A DNA stretch of 61,375 bases, counting the filler, from Bacteriovoracaceae bacterium (GTDB lineage: Bacteria > Bdellovibrionota > Bacteriovoracia > Bacteriovoracales > Bacteriovoracaceae): the NCBI GenBank assembly GCA_018649885.1. It is 3 parts of 3 records of this genome, joined end to end, with 100 filler letters (N's around TTAATTAATTAA, not from the genome) between each part and the next. Parts side by side here need not be neighbours in the genome. Positions count along the whole stretch, not along the records: positions 41,066 to 61,375 come from JABIHA010000141.1; 2 more parts are not named here. One strand, written 5' to 3'. The notes beneath the pieces were generated by a model. That model did no database searches. It was given only the letters and a program-made list of their open reading frames with translations, and was not told where the DNA came from. Below are positions 52,182 through 61,375 of the stretch, one piece after another. A program made the translations under genes and the position numbers. Numbering within the stretch: position 1 is the first letter of the stretch; each line of letters opens with the position of its first letter.

Positions 52182-52199
52182 CGGGGCTTGCACGCCCCG
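52182..52199. terminator. Hairpin CGGGGC/GCCCCG
   Basis: GC stem about 20 nt after the 52160 stop; no clear T-run. Confidence 0.4.
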
Positions 52200-52244
52200 G
52201 ATGAAGGTGCTAATAAATGCTTTTAAGCGAGCGGGAATCAAAAA

Positions 52245-52664
52245 TTGAAACGAATTAGTATATCTATTACCTTTGTATTTCTTTTATATTTTCAGGCATT
52301 TAGCGCTTTTGCTATTCCTATGGATGACTTTGATCTCAAAAAAGAGTTTGAGTTTATCTACCAAGATCTCATTGAACAAAAGGGTTTTAACTCTTATGAA
52401 TTCTCTGACTGGCAGGCCGGTTTCCTCAACCGTGAACTTGTTGGAATTGTGCGAAAAATAAAAGCGCGAAACCTATATCTAGGACTTGGACCGGTATTTA
52501 ACCACCGTCTCGATTCAGGAATCATGGGCCAAGTTGGCTATGAATACCCCGTGGCGAGAAAATTGACCATCAAAGGCGAGCTCAATAGCGGCCGCGGCTT
52601 GGCCAATTTAGTCGATGATCTTTGGGCCTCAGAGGCCTATTTAGGCGCCAACTACATATTCTAA
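52245..52664 (+). CDS. Secreted hypothetical protein, possible small beta-barrel
   Basis: Signal peptide; C-terminal YLGANYIF. Confidence 0.6.
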   Translation: MKRISISITFVFLLYFQAFSAFAIPMDDFDLKKEFEFIYQDLIEQKGFNSYEFSDWQAGFLNRELVGIVRKIKARNLYLGLGPVFNHRLDSGIMGQVGYEYPVARKLTIKGELNSGRGLANLVDDLWASEAYLGANYIF

Positions 52665-52732
52665 ATTCCTTTTTAATTTCAACCACTTTTGATAATGTCC
52701 TGGGACCTGATTCATTCAAAGGAACGTAGCAA

Positions 52733-55333
52733 GTGAGCGAAAAAAGCGCCCCCCAAGAAATTAAATTATCTGAATACCGTGCCCCTGATTATCTTATCGA
52801 GAAAGTCTTTTTAACCATTGAAATTGATGACTATAAAACGGTGATTAAATCAAAAATGGGTGTGGTGAAAAACCATACCGGAGAGTCACGGCCGCTTGTT
52901 TTAGACGGTGAAGGCCTGACACTGGAAAGTGTTGCGATTGATGAAGTGATGATCGGAGATCATGAATATAAGCTTGGAGATGAGAGCTTAACTCTTTATC
53001 CAACTGCCCACAATTTTGTAGTAGAAATTGAAAACACCATCAATCCTTCAGCAAATACAGCTTTAGAAGGAATCTATAAGTCAGGCCCCATCATTTGCTC
53101 TCAGTGCGAGCCCCACGGTTTTAGATGGATCACATATTTTATCGATCGCCCTGACAATATGAGTTTATTTATCACTGAAGTGATTGCAAATAAAAAGGAT
53201 TATCCCATCCTTCTCAGCAACGGAAACTTAGTTGAGAAAGGGGATATGGATGACGGAAGACACTACGCCGTTTGGAGTGATCCATTTAAAAAACCCTCCT
53301 ATCTTTTCGCCCTTGTGGCAGCTGATTTGTATTGCAAGCAAGATAGCTACACCACAGGTAGCGATAGAGAAATTGATCTAAGAATCTATGTGGAAAAAGG
53401 AAACGAAGACAAGTGCGATCACGCTATGGAGAGTTTAAAAAAATCCATGAAGTGGGATGAGGATGTCTACGGTCTTGAGTACGATCTCAATATTTATATG
53501 ATCGTCGCCGTTTCCGCCTTTAATATGGGCGCCATGGAAAATAAGGGCCTCAATATTTTTAACACCTCTTGTGTTCTGGCAAACCCCAAGACTGCTTCTG
53601 ATAGGGACTATTACCATATTGAAGGAGTCATTGGTCACGAGTACTTCCACAACTGGACCGGAAATAGGGTGACCTGCCGGGACTGGTTTCAGCTCACTTT
53701 AAAAGAGGGCCTTACTGTTTTTAGAGACCAAGAATTCACCGCCGATATGCACTCAAGACCTGTTAAAAGAATTAGCGATGTGACACGTCTGAAAGAGATT
53801 CAATTTCCAGAAGACGCAGGTCCTAACTCACATCCCATTAGACCTGAGTCCTACATTGAAATAAATAACTTTTATACCCCCACTGTTTACGAAAAGGGAG
53901 CCGAGGTCATTCGTATGATCCACACCCTTTTAGGACCAGAAAAATACCGAGCGGGCATGGATTTATACTTCAAGCGCTTTGATGGCATGGCCGTCACTTG
54001 TGACGACTTTGTCTCCTGCATGGAAAGCGCCAGCGGACGCGATCTTTCCCAGTTCATGAACTGGTACAAATTGGCCGGCACTCCCAATGTCAGGGTGGAA
54101 AAAACTCATGATAGTGAAAAAGAAACTTTGAGTATCAAAATTCATCAAGACCTCTCTCACACCACAGGTCATGCTACGGGTCACCTACATTTTCCCTTCA
54201 GGCTCGCCGTCTTTAATGGTCCTGGTGAAAGCGTGGTGGATGAAATTGTCGAAATCACCAAAGAGCACACAACTATTGAGTACAAGGGAGTTAAAGATCA
54301 GCACTACCTCTCTCTCAACAGGGGCTTTGATACCCCAGTTAATATTGATTACAGCTATGATAGAGACGAGCTGGCCTTTTTAATGGCCCACGACACCGAT
54401 TTTTACAACAGATGGGACTCAGGCCAGGTTTACGCAAAGCTTGTACTAAACGATTTGGTGGCCTCACTTCAAAAGGGTGAGAGTCCAAGTATTGATGAAA
54501 ACTTCTTGAGTGCTTATAAGCATCTTTTAGAGGACCAAAAAATAGATCCGGGCCTTAAGTCTCGCGCTCTTTGTCTGCCTACTGAAAACGCTCTCATTAG
54601 AGACGCGGACTGCCCTGACTTTGAATCCATCAAAAAGGCCCACGACTACCTCCGCCTTGAGCTTGGCACCCAATTTACAAGTCAATTCATCCAAATCTAC
54701 GATGATCTACAAAAAATCGAACGCGGAGGCCTCACCTCTGACGATGTCTATCGGCGAGGCCTAAAAAATGTCTGCCTCAACTTTTTAAATAACATCCCAA
54801 CTGAGAGCTACCGCGAAATGGCCTTCAGACAATTTGAAACGGCCGCCACAATGACCGATTGTGAAAGTGCTCTTTCGGCGCTTTGTAAGCATCCAGGCGA
54901 GCTGCGGGATCAGGCACTGGCGATCTTTGAAACTGATTGGGCGAATGATCCACTTGTTATGAATAAGTGGTTTGCTATTCAGTCTCTTTCTGGGGCCAGT
55001 GATACGATGGACCGAGTAAAAATGCTTTCAGAGCATCCGCGCTTTAATATTAAAATTCCAAATGATGTTTACTCACTGCTGAGAACTTTTAGCTACAACT
55101 CTTATTTCTTTAATATGAAAGGTGGTGAGGGTTATAAGTTTATTGTGGACCATGTTAGGGAGCTGGATAGGATTAATCCTCAGGTTGCTTCGGGAATACT
55201 TCAAGGCTTTGCTATTTTTAAGAAGCTTGATGGGGATCGCTCGAAGATTATGAAAGGGTTGCTGACTGAGCTTGTTGGGGTTAATGGGCTTTCGAAGAAT
55301 GTTTTTGAGAGGGTTTCGAATATTATTCGGTAG
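52733..55333 (+). CDS. pepN: Aminopeptidase N (M1 family)
   Basis: GAMENKGLNIFN, HEYFHNWTGNRVTCRDWFQL and YEKGAEV motifs. Confidence 0.97.
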   Translation: MSEKSAPQEIKLSEYRAPDYLIEKVFLTIEIDDYKTVIKSKMGVVKNHTGESRPLVLDGEGLTLESVAIDEVMIGDHEYKLGDESLTLYPTAHNFVVEIENTINPSANTALEGIYKSGPIICSQCEPHGFRWITYFIDRPDNMSLFITEVIANKKDYPILLSNGNLVEKGDMDDGRHYAVWSDPFKKPSYLFALVAADLYCKQDSYTTGSDREIDLRIYVEKGNEDKCDHAMESLKKSMKWDEDVYGLEYDLNIYMIVAVSAFNMGAMENKGLNIFNTSCVLANPKTASDRDYYHIEGVIGHEYFHNWTGNRVTCRDWFQLTLKEGLTVFRDQEFTADMHSRPVKRISDVTRLKEIQFPEDAGPNSHPIRPESYIEINNFYTPTVYEKGAEVIRMIHTLLGPEKYRAGMDLYFKRFDGMAVTCDDFVSCMESASGRDLSQFMNWYKLAGTPNVRVEKTHDSEKETLSIKIHQDLSHTTGHATGHLHFPFRLAVFNGPGESVVDEIVEITKEHTTIEYKGVKDQHYLSLNRGFDTPVNIDYSYDRDELAFLMAHDTDFYNRWDSGQVYAKLVLNDLVASLQKGESPSIDENFLSAYKHLLEDQKIDPGLKSRALCLPTENALIRDADCPDFESIKKAHDYLRLELGTQFTSQFIQIYDDLQKIERGGLTSDDVYRRGLKNVCLNFLNNIPTESYREMAFRQFETAATMTDCESALSALCKHPGELRDQALAIFETDWANDPLVMNKWFAIQSLSGASDTMDRVKMLSEHPRFNIKIPNDVYSLLRTFSYNSYFFNMKGGEGYKFIVDHVRELDRINPQVASGILQGFAIFKKLDGDRSKIMKGLLTELVGVNGLSKNVFERVSNIIR

Positions 55334-55345
55334 TGGTTTATGAGT

Positions 55346-55366
55346 CCGGGCGATGTCATCGCCCGG
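55346..55366. terminator. Bidirectional terminator hairpin CCGGGCGAT/ATCGCCCGG
   Basis: 9-bp stem between convergent genes. Confidence 0.7.
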
Positions 55367-55373
55367 GGGATTC

Positions 55374-56984
55374 TTACATAAAAAAGCTTAGATTAAAAGC
55401 AATCATGTGTTCCGTGTAATCGTAGTTTTTCTTATCTTTTGAAGTTTTGTTGACGTAGTTGTAGTCAATTTCGGTGGTGAAATGATCTAGCCAAGTTTTA
55501 TTTGCCTTTATCCCTGGATTATAACTTTTCTCCATACCTCTGGTTTTGTCCTGACTCATTGTATCTGTCAAAATGAGTGTAAAGTAGGGACCTACAGTAA
55601 TACCGTAATAAACGTCCTGGACGAAGTAATCAATCCTGGCTCCGTAGTCGTTGGTATTCTGGCTTCGTGAAGAGTAGCGATTAAAATCTCCATACAATGT
55701 GGCTAGCATTAAATGACCGTCCCACCATGGCATGGTGGCGGCTTGGTTTAAAGAGACAGTAGTGGTTTTTGAATCAGAGCTTGTCCGGTAGGAGTTATAA
55801 TCCTTCCTGCTAACCACAAATTGGGTGAAACCAATGTCAAATAGATTAAATTTTTCGCCGATGCTGAAGGTATAGGATCTAGAAAAGAAGAGCTTTTTCT
55901 TTTTAGCCTTATAGTCTTTTGCTAGGTAGTCGTAGGTTCCTGTAAAAATCAAAGATCCTGGTTTTTTGAACAATGTATGTTCATAGCTAGCTTCTAGAAC
56001 TGGAGTAAAACCGTACTGATCGTTTTGGTAGATGTTGCTGTGAGTTCGATCAAAGTAGTGTTGGTAAAAGGCGGAGATTGAAGGGGTGACCACCAAACGT
56101 TTTTTAATAGGCTGTTCCCAGGATGCTGAGGCAGTACTTTTTGAGGACCAAGATGATTTTTGAGTGGCCCTGAGAGTCGTTTGATCGGCTTCCTGTACTA
56201 CGTTGGAGTCATAAGTAGTTGATTGGATGGCACTTAGTGCCCATCTCTGTCTACTAAGCATTCTACCGTTGGCCAGCTTATAGCCTAGCAGGTCGTATTT
56301 TTTCATCACTGCATATTTTTTCTTTCTAATATCAGTTGAGGTCAGGCTTTTTTCATCAATTCCAAGTGCAGTGTTGAGTGCTGGGATGACATATTTTTCT
56401 ACAGCCGCTGCCGGATAAGGTGTTTTCTCTGCTTGAGCTAGGTAGATCTTGGCGATGTTAAAATGAGAAGCCTGGATTAAATCTTTTTTTGCGTAACTGT
56501 ATCTAATGAGCTTTCGATAGAATTTTTTTGCCTTTCCATATTGCTTTTGAGTCTGAGAAACATAGCCCAAATAAAAAAGCGATGTGTCCTGAAGGTGGCG
56601 ATTTCTAATACTTTTTACAAAAGCCATTTTTGCCTTGGAATAATTCTTAGTGGCAAAAAGCGCTTGGCCATATTCGTAGTAAAGATCTTTGGCATCAGAG
56701 CCCGAGCGGATCGCCCTTTTAAAATTTGCCACTGACTTGCCATACTCTTGGAGTTTACTGTGGCATAGACCCTTCATATAAAAAACGGTGGCCCTTAAAT
56801 CCTCATCGCCCATGAGTGCGTTGAGTTTATCCAGAGCGGTTTCGTAGTCACCCATTTTGTATTGAGTATAAACATCAGCTAGCCCAGAGTCTTGAGCAAT
56901 ACTGCCATAAGCCTGTGAGTTAAATAAACCAAGACTTATAAGAAAGCTAAGGCAGAATTTCATTGTTAAAGAATGCACTCTCAT
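55374..56984 (-). CDS. TPR-repeat + C-terminal beta-barrel outer-membrane protein
   Basis: TPR motifs (FYMKGLCH, YYEYGQAL, LFYLGYV); YDSNV motif opening an aromatic-rich barrel. Confidence 0.8.
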   Translation of the reverse strand: MRVHSLTMKFCLSFLISLGLFNSQAYGSIAQDSGLADVYTQYKMGDYETALDKLNALMGDEDLRATVFYMKGLCHSKLQEYGKSVANFKRAIRSGSDAKDLYYEYGQALFATKNYSKAKMAFVKSIRNRHLQDTSLFYLGYVSQTQKQYGKAKKFYRKLIRYSYAKKDLIQASHFNIAKIYLAQAEKTPYPAAAVEKYVIPALNTALGIDEKSLTSTDIRKKKYAVMKKYDLLGYKLANGRMLSRQRWALSAIQSTTYDSNVVQEADQTTLRATQKSSWSSKSTASASWEQPIKKRLVVTPSISAFYQHYFDRTHSNIYQNDQYGFTPVLEASYEHTLFKKPGSLIFTGTYDYLAKDYKAKKKKLFFSRSYTFSIGEKFNLFDIGFTQFVVSRKDYNSYRTSSDSKTTTVSLNQAATMPWWDGHLMLATLYGDFNRYSSRSQNTNDYGARIDYFVQDVYYGITVGPYFTLILTDTMSQDKTRGMEKSYNPGIKANKTWLDHFTTEIDYNYVNKTSKDKKNYDYTEHMIAFNLSFFM

Positions 56985-56989
56985 TTCTC

Positions 56990-58288
56990 CTATTGAAGGG
57001 TAATGTTAAAATTAACGGTTGCTGACGTGTTATTATTGTCTTTATGCGGCGGTTCTGGTACGAAACTTAGACAAGCAAGTGGGTCCTGCGGACACCCCCC
57101 CCCTCCTCCGGTAAGCAATGGTGGTGGGGCAGGCTCAGGCTCAGGCTCAGCCTCCTCACATTTTGGACCATTACATATGGTTTCTATTTCTGGTTTGGTT
57201 TCATCGTCCTTACTTGAAGAATTAGCAGCATTTGGATCTGCAATAACTTGCCCGTCTAATGTAACAACACTACCTTTAGGTGGGACATAGTTGCCATCTT
57301 CTCCCACACCGCCAGTTTCAGGTGGTGGGATGGCAAGTCCGGTGTTGGGGTCAATAGGACTATTTGCAGGAGGAATAATATAACCCACTCTCGGGTGGTA
57401 GTAGCCACCTTCTTTTATTTTGCTTCCCCCCGCTGAACTTCTATATTGAGCCTTGGCAGCGGACACCGTATTTTTTGCTCCTTGAAAGGCAGAACTGCCA
57501 ATACGACTTTTGATCTGGTTGCCAACACTCGAACTCCTGTTCATAAAGGCACTGGCATTGGCACCTCTAGGGATAGGTGATCTAAAGCTTCCCCTGCTCT
57601 GACTAGGTGCTCGCTCAGTAGTCGCATCAAACGTCTTATTTCTTCGAAGAGCAAAAAACTGGGTAGGAGAAATTCTTATGGGATTAAGAGGTTTCTTATA
57701 AGATGAATTGATCGCCGAGTACTGACCTTTTCTAACAGAAACACTTTTTTTCATATTAACTGCGTTATTAATATCTTGCACAGATTTAGCACCGCCTTTT
57801 GGAAGGATCACACTTCTAACTTCACCAGAGTAGGCGAGAACATTACTGAGTCCATTGGCAGGATTAAAGCTAATTTCAAAGTCCGTACCCCGCACACCCA
57901 TGGCCGCATTTTTGGTTCGAATTAAAAGTTTGTTTTTGGCGACAGCGCCTTGCTTCTTATCGACCTTGGCCCGAAGTTGACCGCCAATGAGAGAGATCAA
58001 ACCTTGTTTGCCGGCCTTAGACCCTCTTTGGACAACCATGGAACTTTTTGGTCCGAGAGTGACTTGGGATTTGTCTGAGAGAACAATTTTGACGAAGCTT
58101 TTCTCGCCAGTGGAAATTTTGGTTTTTTCGTTTACCCAATCACCTTTTTTCAAGGAGGTGGTGGCACCCGAAACTGTTGCGTTTACTGTTCCTCTCATCA
58201 TCTGCACCTGCGCCGCTTTTTCTGCAGCCAGTGCTGTGAAGGAAAGTAAAATGCATGCAATGATAACTAATTTGCTCATGGAAAACAT
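56990..58288 (-). CDS. Secreted FecR-domain protein (start possibly 58279)
   Basis: ISTGEKS, LSDKSQVTLGPKS and TKNAAMGVRGTDF motifs; Pro-rich C-terminus. Confidence 0.85.
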   Translation of the reverse strand: MFSMSKLVIIACILLSFTALAAEKAAQVQMMRGTVNATVSGATTSLKKGDWVNEKTKISTGEKSFVKIVLSDKSQVTLGPKSSMVVQRGSKAGKQGLISLIGGQLRAKVDKKQGAVAKNKLLIRTKNAAMGVRGTDFEISFNPANGLSNVLAYSGEVRSVILPKGGAKSVQDINNAVNMKKSVSVRKGQYSAINSSYKKPLNPIRISPTQFFALRRNKTFDATTERAPSQSRGSFRSPIPRGANASAFMNRSSSVGNQIKSRIGSSAFQGAKNTVSAAKAQYRSSAGGSKIKEGGYYHPRVGYIIPPANSPIDPNTGLAIPPPETGGVGEDGNYVPPKGSVVTLDGQVIADPNAANSSSKDDETKPEIETICNGPKCEEAEPEPEPAPPPLLTGGGGGCPQDPLACLSFVPEPPHKDNNNTSATVNFNITLQ

Positions 58289-58476
58289 CCTTATCTACCT
58301 TAAACCGATCTCTTTTATATATAGCGAGTATTTTATGAAACAAAATACTGGTTCGACAAGCTAAATTAATCAAGTTTAAGATTACTAAACCAATTCGGTC
58401 TAAAACTCGCAAATGAGCTTGTGAAAATTTGCTGCCTTAATCCAAAACAGGATTCATGGTTTAATGGACAAAGGTT

Positions 58477-59439
58477 ATGCGATACTTTGCCCAGCTCATG
58501 GATGAGCTCAAAACAATTACTGAAAATGCAACTCCTGGACAAGATCTTCAGGTCCCTAGCCGTTTGCGACAAATAAAAATAAAAAACAAGATGGTCAGGT
58601 ATTTATGCATGGGTATAGCCCACGATCCAAGCGATATACCCATTATATTCCTTCATGGTTACGGCGGCTTTTTTATGGATTGGCCGCGAGTGATGACCCC
58701 ATTATCAAAGCGCCATTTTGTTGTCGCCCTCGATCTGCCGGGATGGGGATTTTCCGAGGCCCATGACGATGGAAGTAAGATTGAAGATGATGCCTGGGTG
58801 GTTTTGGAGTTTATTAAAAAAATGGGGCTGAGTAATGCAATTTTAGTCGGGCTTTCATATGGCAGTGCTGTTGCCTGGAGTGCGGCGAGCATGACTGCCG
58901 ATGTGCGACTTGAAAGGGTCAAAGAGGTATTACTCTTAAATCCTATGCCTCCACATCCCATCAAGCACATGAATTCAAAACTCTATAAAGGCCTCTTTCA
59001 GTTAAACCGTTACAAAACACTAGCGACCATAGGAAATAAATTTTTAACCAAGTCTCACTACAAGGCGATCTGCAAAGAAAACCTAAAGCACGCCAGACTC
59101 TTAGACACTTTCTATCTCCAATTGGGTTACTTGGTGACCAAGCAAAAAAAGGTTGTAGAAAATCTCTACCGCCACTCCAAGGGTGCACAAAATATTGATT
59201 GGGATAGGTGGGAGAGAGAGCTTTCCAAAATCAATTTGCCTACAACAATTATGCAAGGACTCGATGACAGAATTTTTTCAATGGAGTCCGCAAGATACTT
59301 AGGTGGGCTAATCCCAAACTCAAGGCTTTTAGAAGTGGATGACTGCGGTCATGCCATTGTATTTGATAGACCTCAAAAAGTAATCAGAGAGCTGATCAAG
59401 CTAGCTGCCAAAATGAAATCTGAAAAGAAAGCTTCCTAA
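58477..59439 (+). CDS. Alpha/beta hydrolase
   Basis: FLHGYGG, DLPGWGFS, GLSYG, GLDDRI and CGH motifs. Confidence 0.9.
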   Translation: MRYFAQLMDELKTITENATPGQDLQVPSRLRQIKIKNKMVRYLCMGIAHDPSDIPIIFLHGYGGFFMDWPRVMTPLSKRHFVVALDLPGWGFSEAHDDGSKIEDDAWVVLEFIKKMGLSNAILVGLSYGSAVAWSAASMTADVRLERVKEVLLLNPMPPHPIKHMNSKLYKGLFQLNRYKTLATIGNKFLTKSHYKAICKENLKHARLLDTFYLQLGYLVTKQKKVVENLYRHSKGAQNIDWDRWERELSKINLPTTIMQGLDDRIFSMESARYLGGLIPNSRLLEVDDCGHAIVFDRPQKVIRELIKLAAKMKSEKKAS

Positions 59440-59460
59440 CAAGATCTTTGTGAAATGGCC

Positions 59461-61374
59461 TTACGGAATAGTAGCAGTCAAATTGAAAACTTGAGTTCCA
59501 CCATCAGCACCAGTAACAGTCAAAGTCGCTGTATATGGCCCAGAAACAGGTGAGCTTCCATTACCAGTTGCCCCTAAGAAGTCGATGTCCACAGAGCAAG
59601 TTGAACTAGTGCCTAGGTCAGTTGTGTCACATGTATCAGTTCCCTTATTCCAATAAGAAGCGTCGTCAGGAGTGAATGTAACGGTGATGGCACCACTTGT
59701 GGCGTTTCCGTTGTTGACTACCACGTAGGTATTTGTAACATCAATTCCTGTTGTGCCGTAAGCTTCAGGATCACTAGTTCCATCGATATCAAAGTCAGCA
59801 CCGTTTACTGTGACGCTATCGTTATCTGTATTAGTTGATGAAGCACTATCGGCGATTTGGGCCACATCAGTGACTGCACCGCCAGTGTAGCCAGCTGTGT
59901 AATCAAAACATGTCATGCCGCCGGTACATGCTCCGCCTGTATAGGTTGAGCCAACACTTGCACCAGAGTTATCAGTTGTAAGTGAGGGAGTGTATGGTCC
60001 GATACCACCGGAGAATTCGTATCTATAAACATCTGTTGTATTAGTCGAAACAATTTTGTTGGAAATTGCCAGGGCATCGAAGAATTGAGTTGCGCCACTT
60101 GTACAATCTGTAGTCATGCCACCACTTGAAGCTTTGAAGTAAACAGTTTCTTCAGTATCGTTTTGGGTGGCGGTAAATACAGCAGTTCCGTTTGAACCGT
60201 TGGCGGCAACTGCTCCGCCACTTATGGTTCCAGCTCCTGCTACAGTACAACCTCCGTTTGTAAAAGGTGTGAGGGTCACTGTATCAGTGGCAGAGTCAAC
60301 CACATTTCCAAAGGCATCTGATATTTGCACATTTGGCATTGTGGTGAGGTTTGTTGAAGTTAAGTTTTCAGCGTTTTGTTGGACGGTAAAGGCCAGGCTT
60401 GCTCCTGCTGCAGCTGAAACTACTACTGAGGTTGAACAGTCTGTTGTAAATCCACCACTAGCAGCTTTAAGGTAAACAGTTTCTGCTTTTTCATGGTTGA
60501 GAGCAGTAAATGTGGAGGCCCCACTGACTGCAGCTTTTGAGCCACCGTTGAGTGTTCCACCAGAAGCAGAGCTACATCCACTATTTGTAAATGCTGTGAG
60601 AGTAACTGTATCAGTGTTAGTGGTAATATTTCCGTAAGTATCTTGGATATCAACAACTGGTTGAGTCGCAAGGTTTGAGCCCGCAGTTCCTGTACCACTT
60701 GGCTGAGTTGAGTAAGCAAGTTTGTTGGCCGCAGCTGCTGATATGACCACTGAAGTAGAGCAATCAGTTGTAAGTGCTCCTTCAGAAGCCTTGAGATAAA
60801 CTGTTTCAGCAAGTTCGTGGTTAACAGCTGTAAATGTAGCAACTCCGGCAACTGCAGCTTTTGATCCACCGTTAAAGGTTCCGCCTGAAGCAGCTGTACA
60901 TCCAACATTTGTATAAGCTGTTAATGAGACAGTATTGGTTGAGTTTATAACATTGTCGAAAGCATCTCGAATCTCAACAACTGGTTGAGTTGAAAGATTT
61001 GATCCGGCAGTACCTGTTCCCGCAGGCTCTGTCGTAATAACGACTTTTGAAGCGGCAGCAGCGGATACGGCAATTGACCCGGTACATACTGCGGTCATGC
61101 CACCAGCAGTTGCCTTGAGATAAATAGTTTCTGCAGTGTCGTAGTCGGTACCAGCAAAAGTGGCGACCCCAGCTGAAGCAGCCTTTGGATTGGCAGTGGC
61201 ACTGAGAGTTCCACCAGCTGCGGCCGTACATCCAACATTGGTGTAAGCAGCAATGGTGACATTGTCAGTGGCAGTGTCTACAAGGTTGTTATATGTATCT
61301 TCAATATCAAAAATAGGTTGAGTGGCAAGATCAGCACCGGCAGTACCAGTTGTTGAAGGCTGAGTATTTACTGC
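59461..61374 (-). CDS. Giant Ig-like tandem-repeat adhesin, C-terminal part (5' end outside the window)
   Basis: Frame is open past 61098 to the window end; ~109-aa repeats (TQPVV.I.D..N..GC..YLKA..C); terminal ASH/choice-of-anchor-D-like domain. Confidence 0.85.
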   Translation of the reverse strand, partial: AVNTQPSTTGTAGADLATQPIFDIEDTYNNLVDTATDNVTIAAYTNVGCTAAAGGTLSATANPKAASAGVATFAGTDYDTAETIYLKATAGGMTAVCTGSIAVSAAAASKVVITTEPAGTGTAGSNLSTQPVVEIRDAFDNVINSTNTVSLTAYTNVGCTAASGGTFNGGSKAAVAGVATFTAVNHELAETVYLKASEGALTTDCSTSVVISAAAANKLAYSTQPSGTGTAGSNLATQPVVDIQDTYGNITTNTDTVTLTAFTNSGCSSASGGTLNGGSKAAVSGASTFTALNHEKAETVYLKAASGGFTTDCSTSVVVSAAAGASLAFTVQQNAENLTSTNLTTMPNVQISDAFGNVVDSATDTVTLTPFTNGGCTVAGAGTISGGAVAANGSNGTAVFTATQNDTEETVYFKASSGGMTTDCTSGATQFFDALAISNKIVSTNTTDVYRYEFSGGIGPYTPSLTTDNSGASVGSTYTGGACTGGMTCFDYTAGYTGGAVTDVAQIADSASSTNTDNDSVTVNGADFDIDGTSDPEAYGTTGIDVTNTYVVVNNGNATSGAITVTFTPDDASYWNKGTDTCDTTDLGTSSTCSVDIDFLGATGNGSSPVSGPYTATLTVTGADGGTQVFNLTATIP

Positions 61375-61375
61375 C

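Noticed and set aside
139..61231. Many short ORFs in the track that overlap or are antisense to long genes (e.g. 3230..3646, 22643..23080, 57987..58364, 60423..60908)
   Set aside because: Shadow ORFs without RBS or recognisable motifs

Overview
AT-rich bacterial sequence whose gene content resembles Bdellovibrionota (Bacteriovoracia/Halobacteriovorax-like; inferred from protein families, not from a search). The window is three contigs joined by 100-nt N/TTAATTAATTAA linkers (1-29780, 29881-40965, 41066-61375), so adjacency across the gaps is not biological. Contig 1 is an accessory region. It holds large surface proteins (beta-helix, Ig/NHL, LamG), an AbiEi/AbiEii type IV toxin-antitoxin pair with a clear operator, a truncated tRNA-Cys, secreted proteases, a BvgS/EvgS-like hybrid kinase frameshifted at an A8 run, and several other broken genes. 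Contig 2 carries the most unusual gene: a PilB/GspE-type ATPase with a tandem [cNMP-binding + GspE N-terminal] x2 architecture, downstream of a pseudo-receiver HD-GYP-like gene. It also has a secreted cationic Cys/Pro-Arg miniprotein, a catalytically degenerate trypsin-like lipoprotein and an IS4-interrupted prepilin. Contig 3 looks more core-like (pepN, TauE, FecR plus TPR-barrel, alpha/beta hydrolase, giant repeat adhesin running off the end). IS4- and IS481-like ends sit at the contig breaks.
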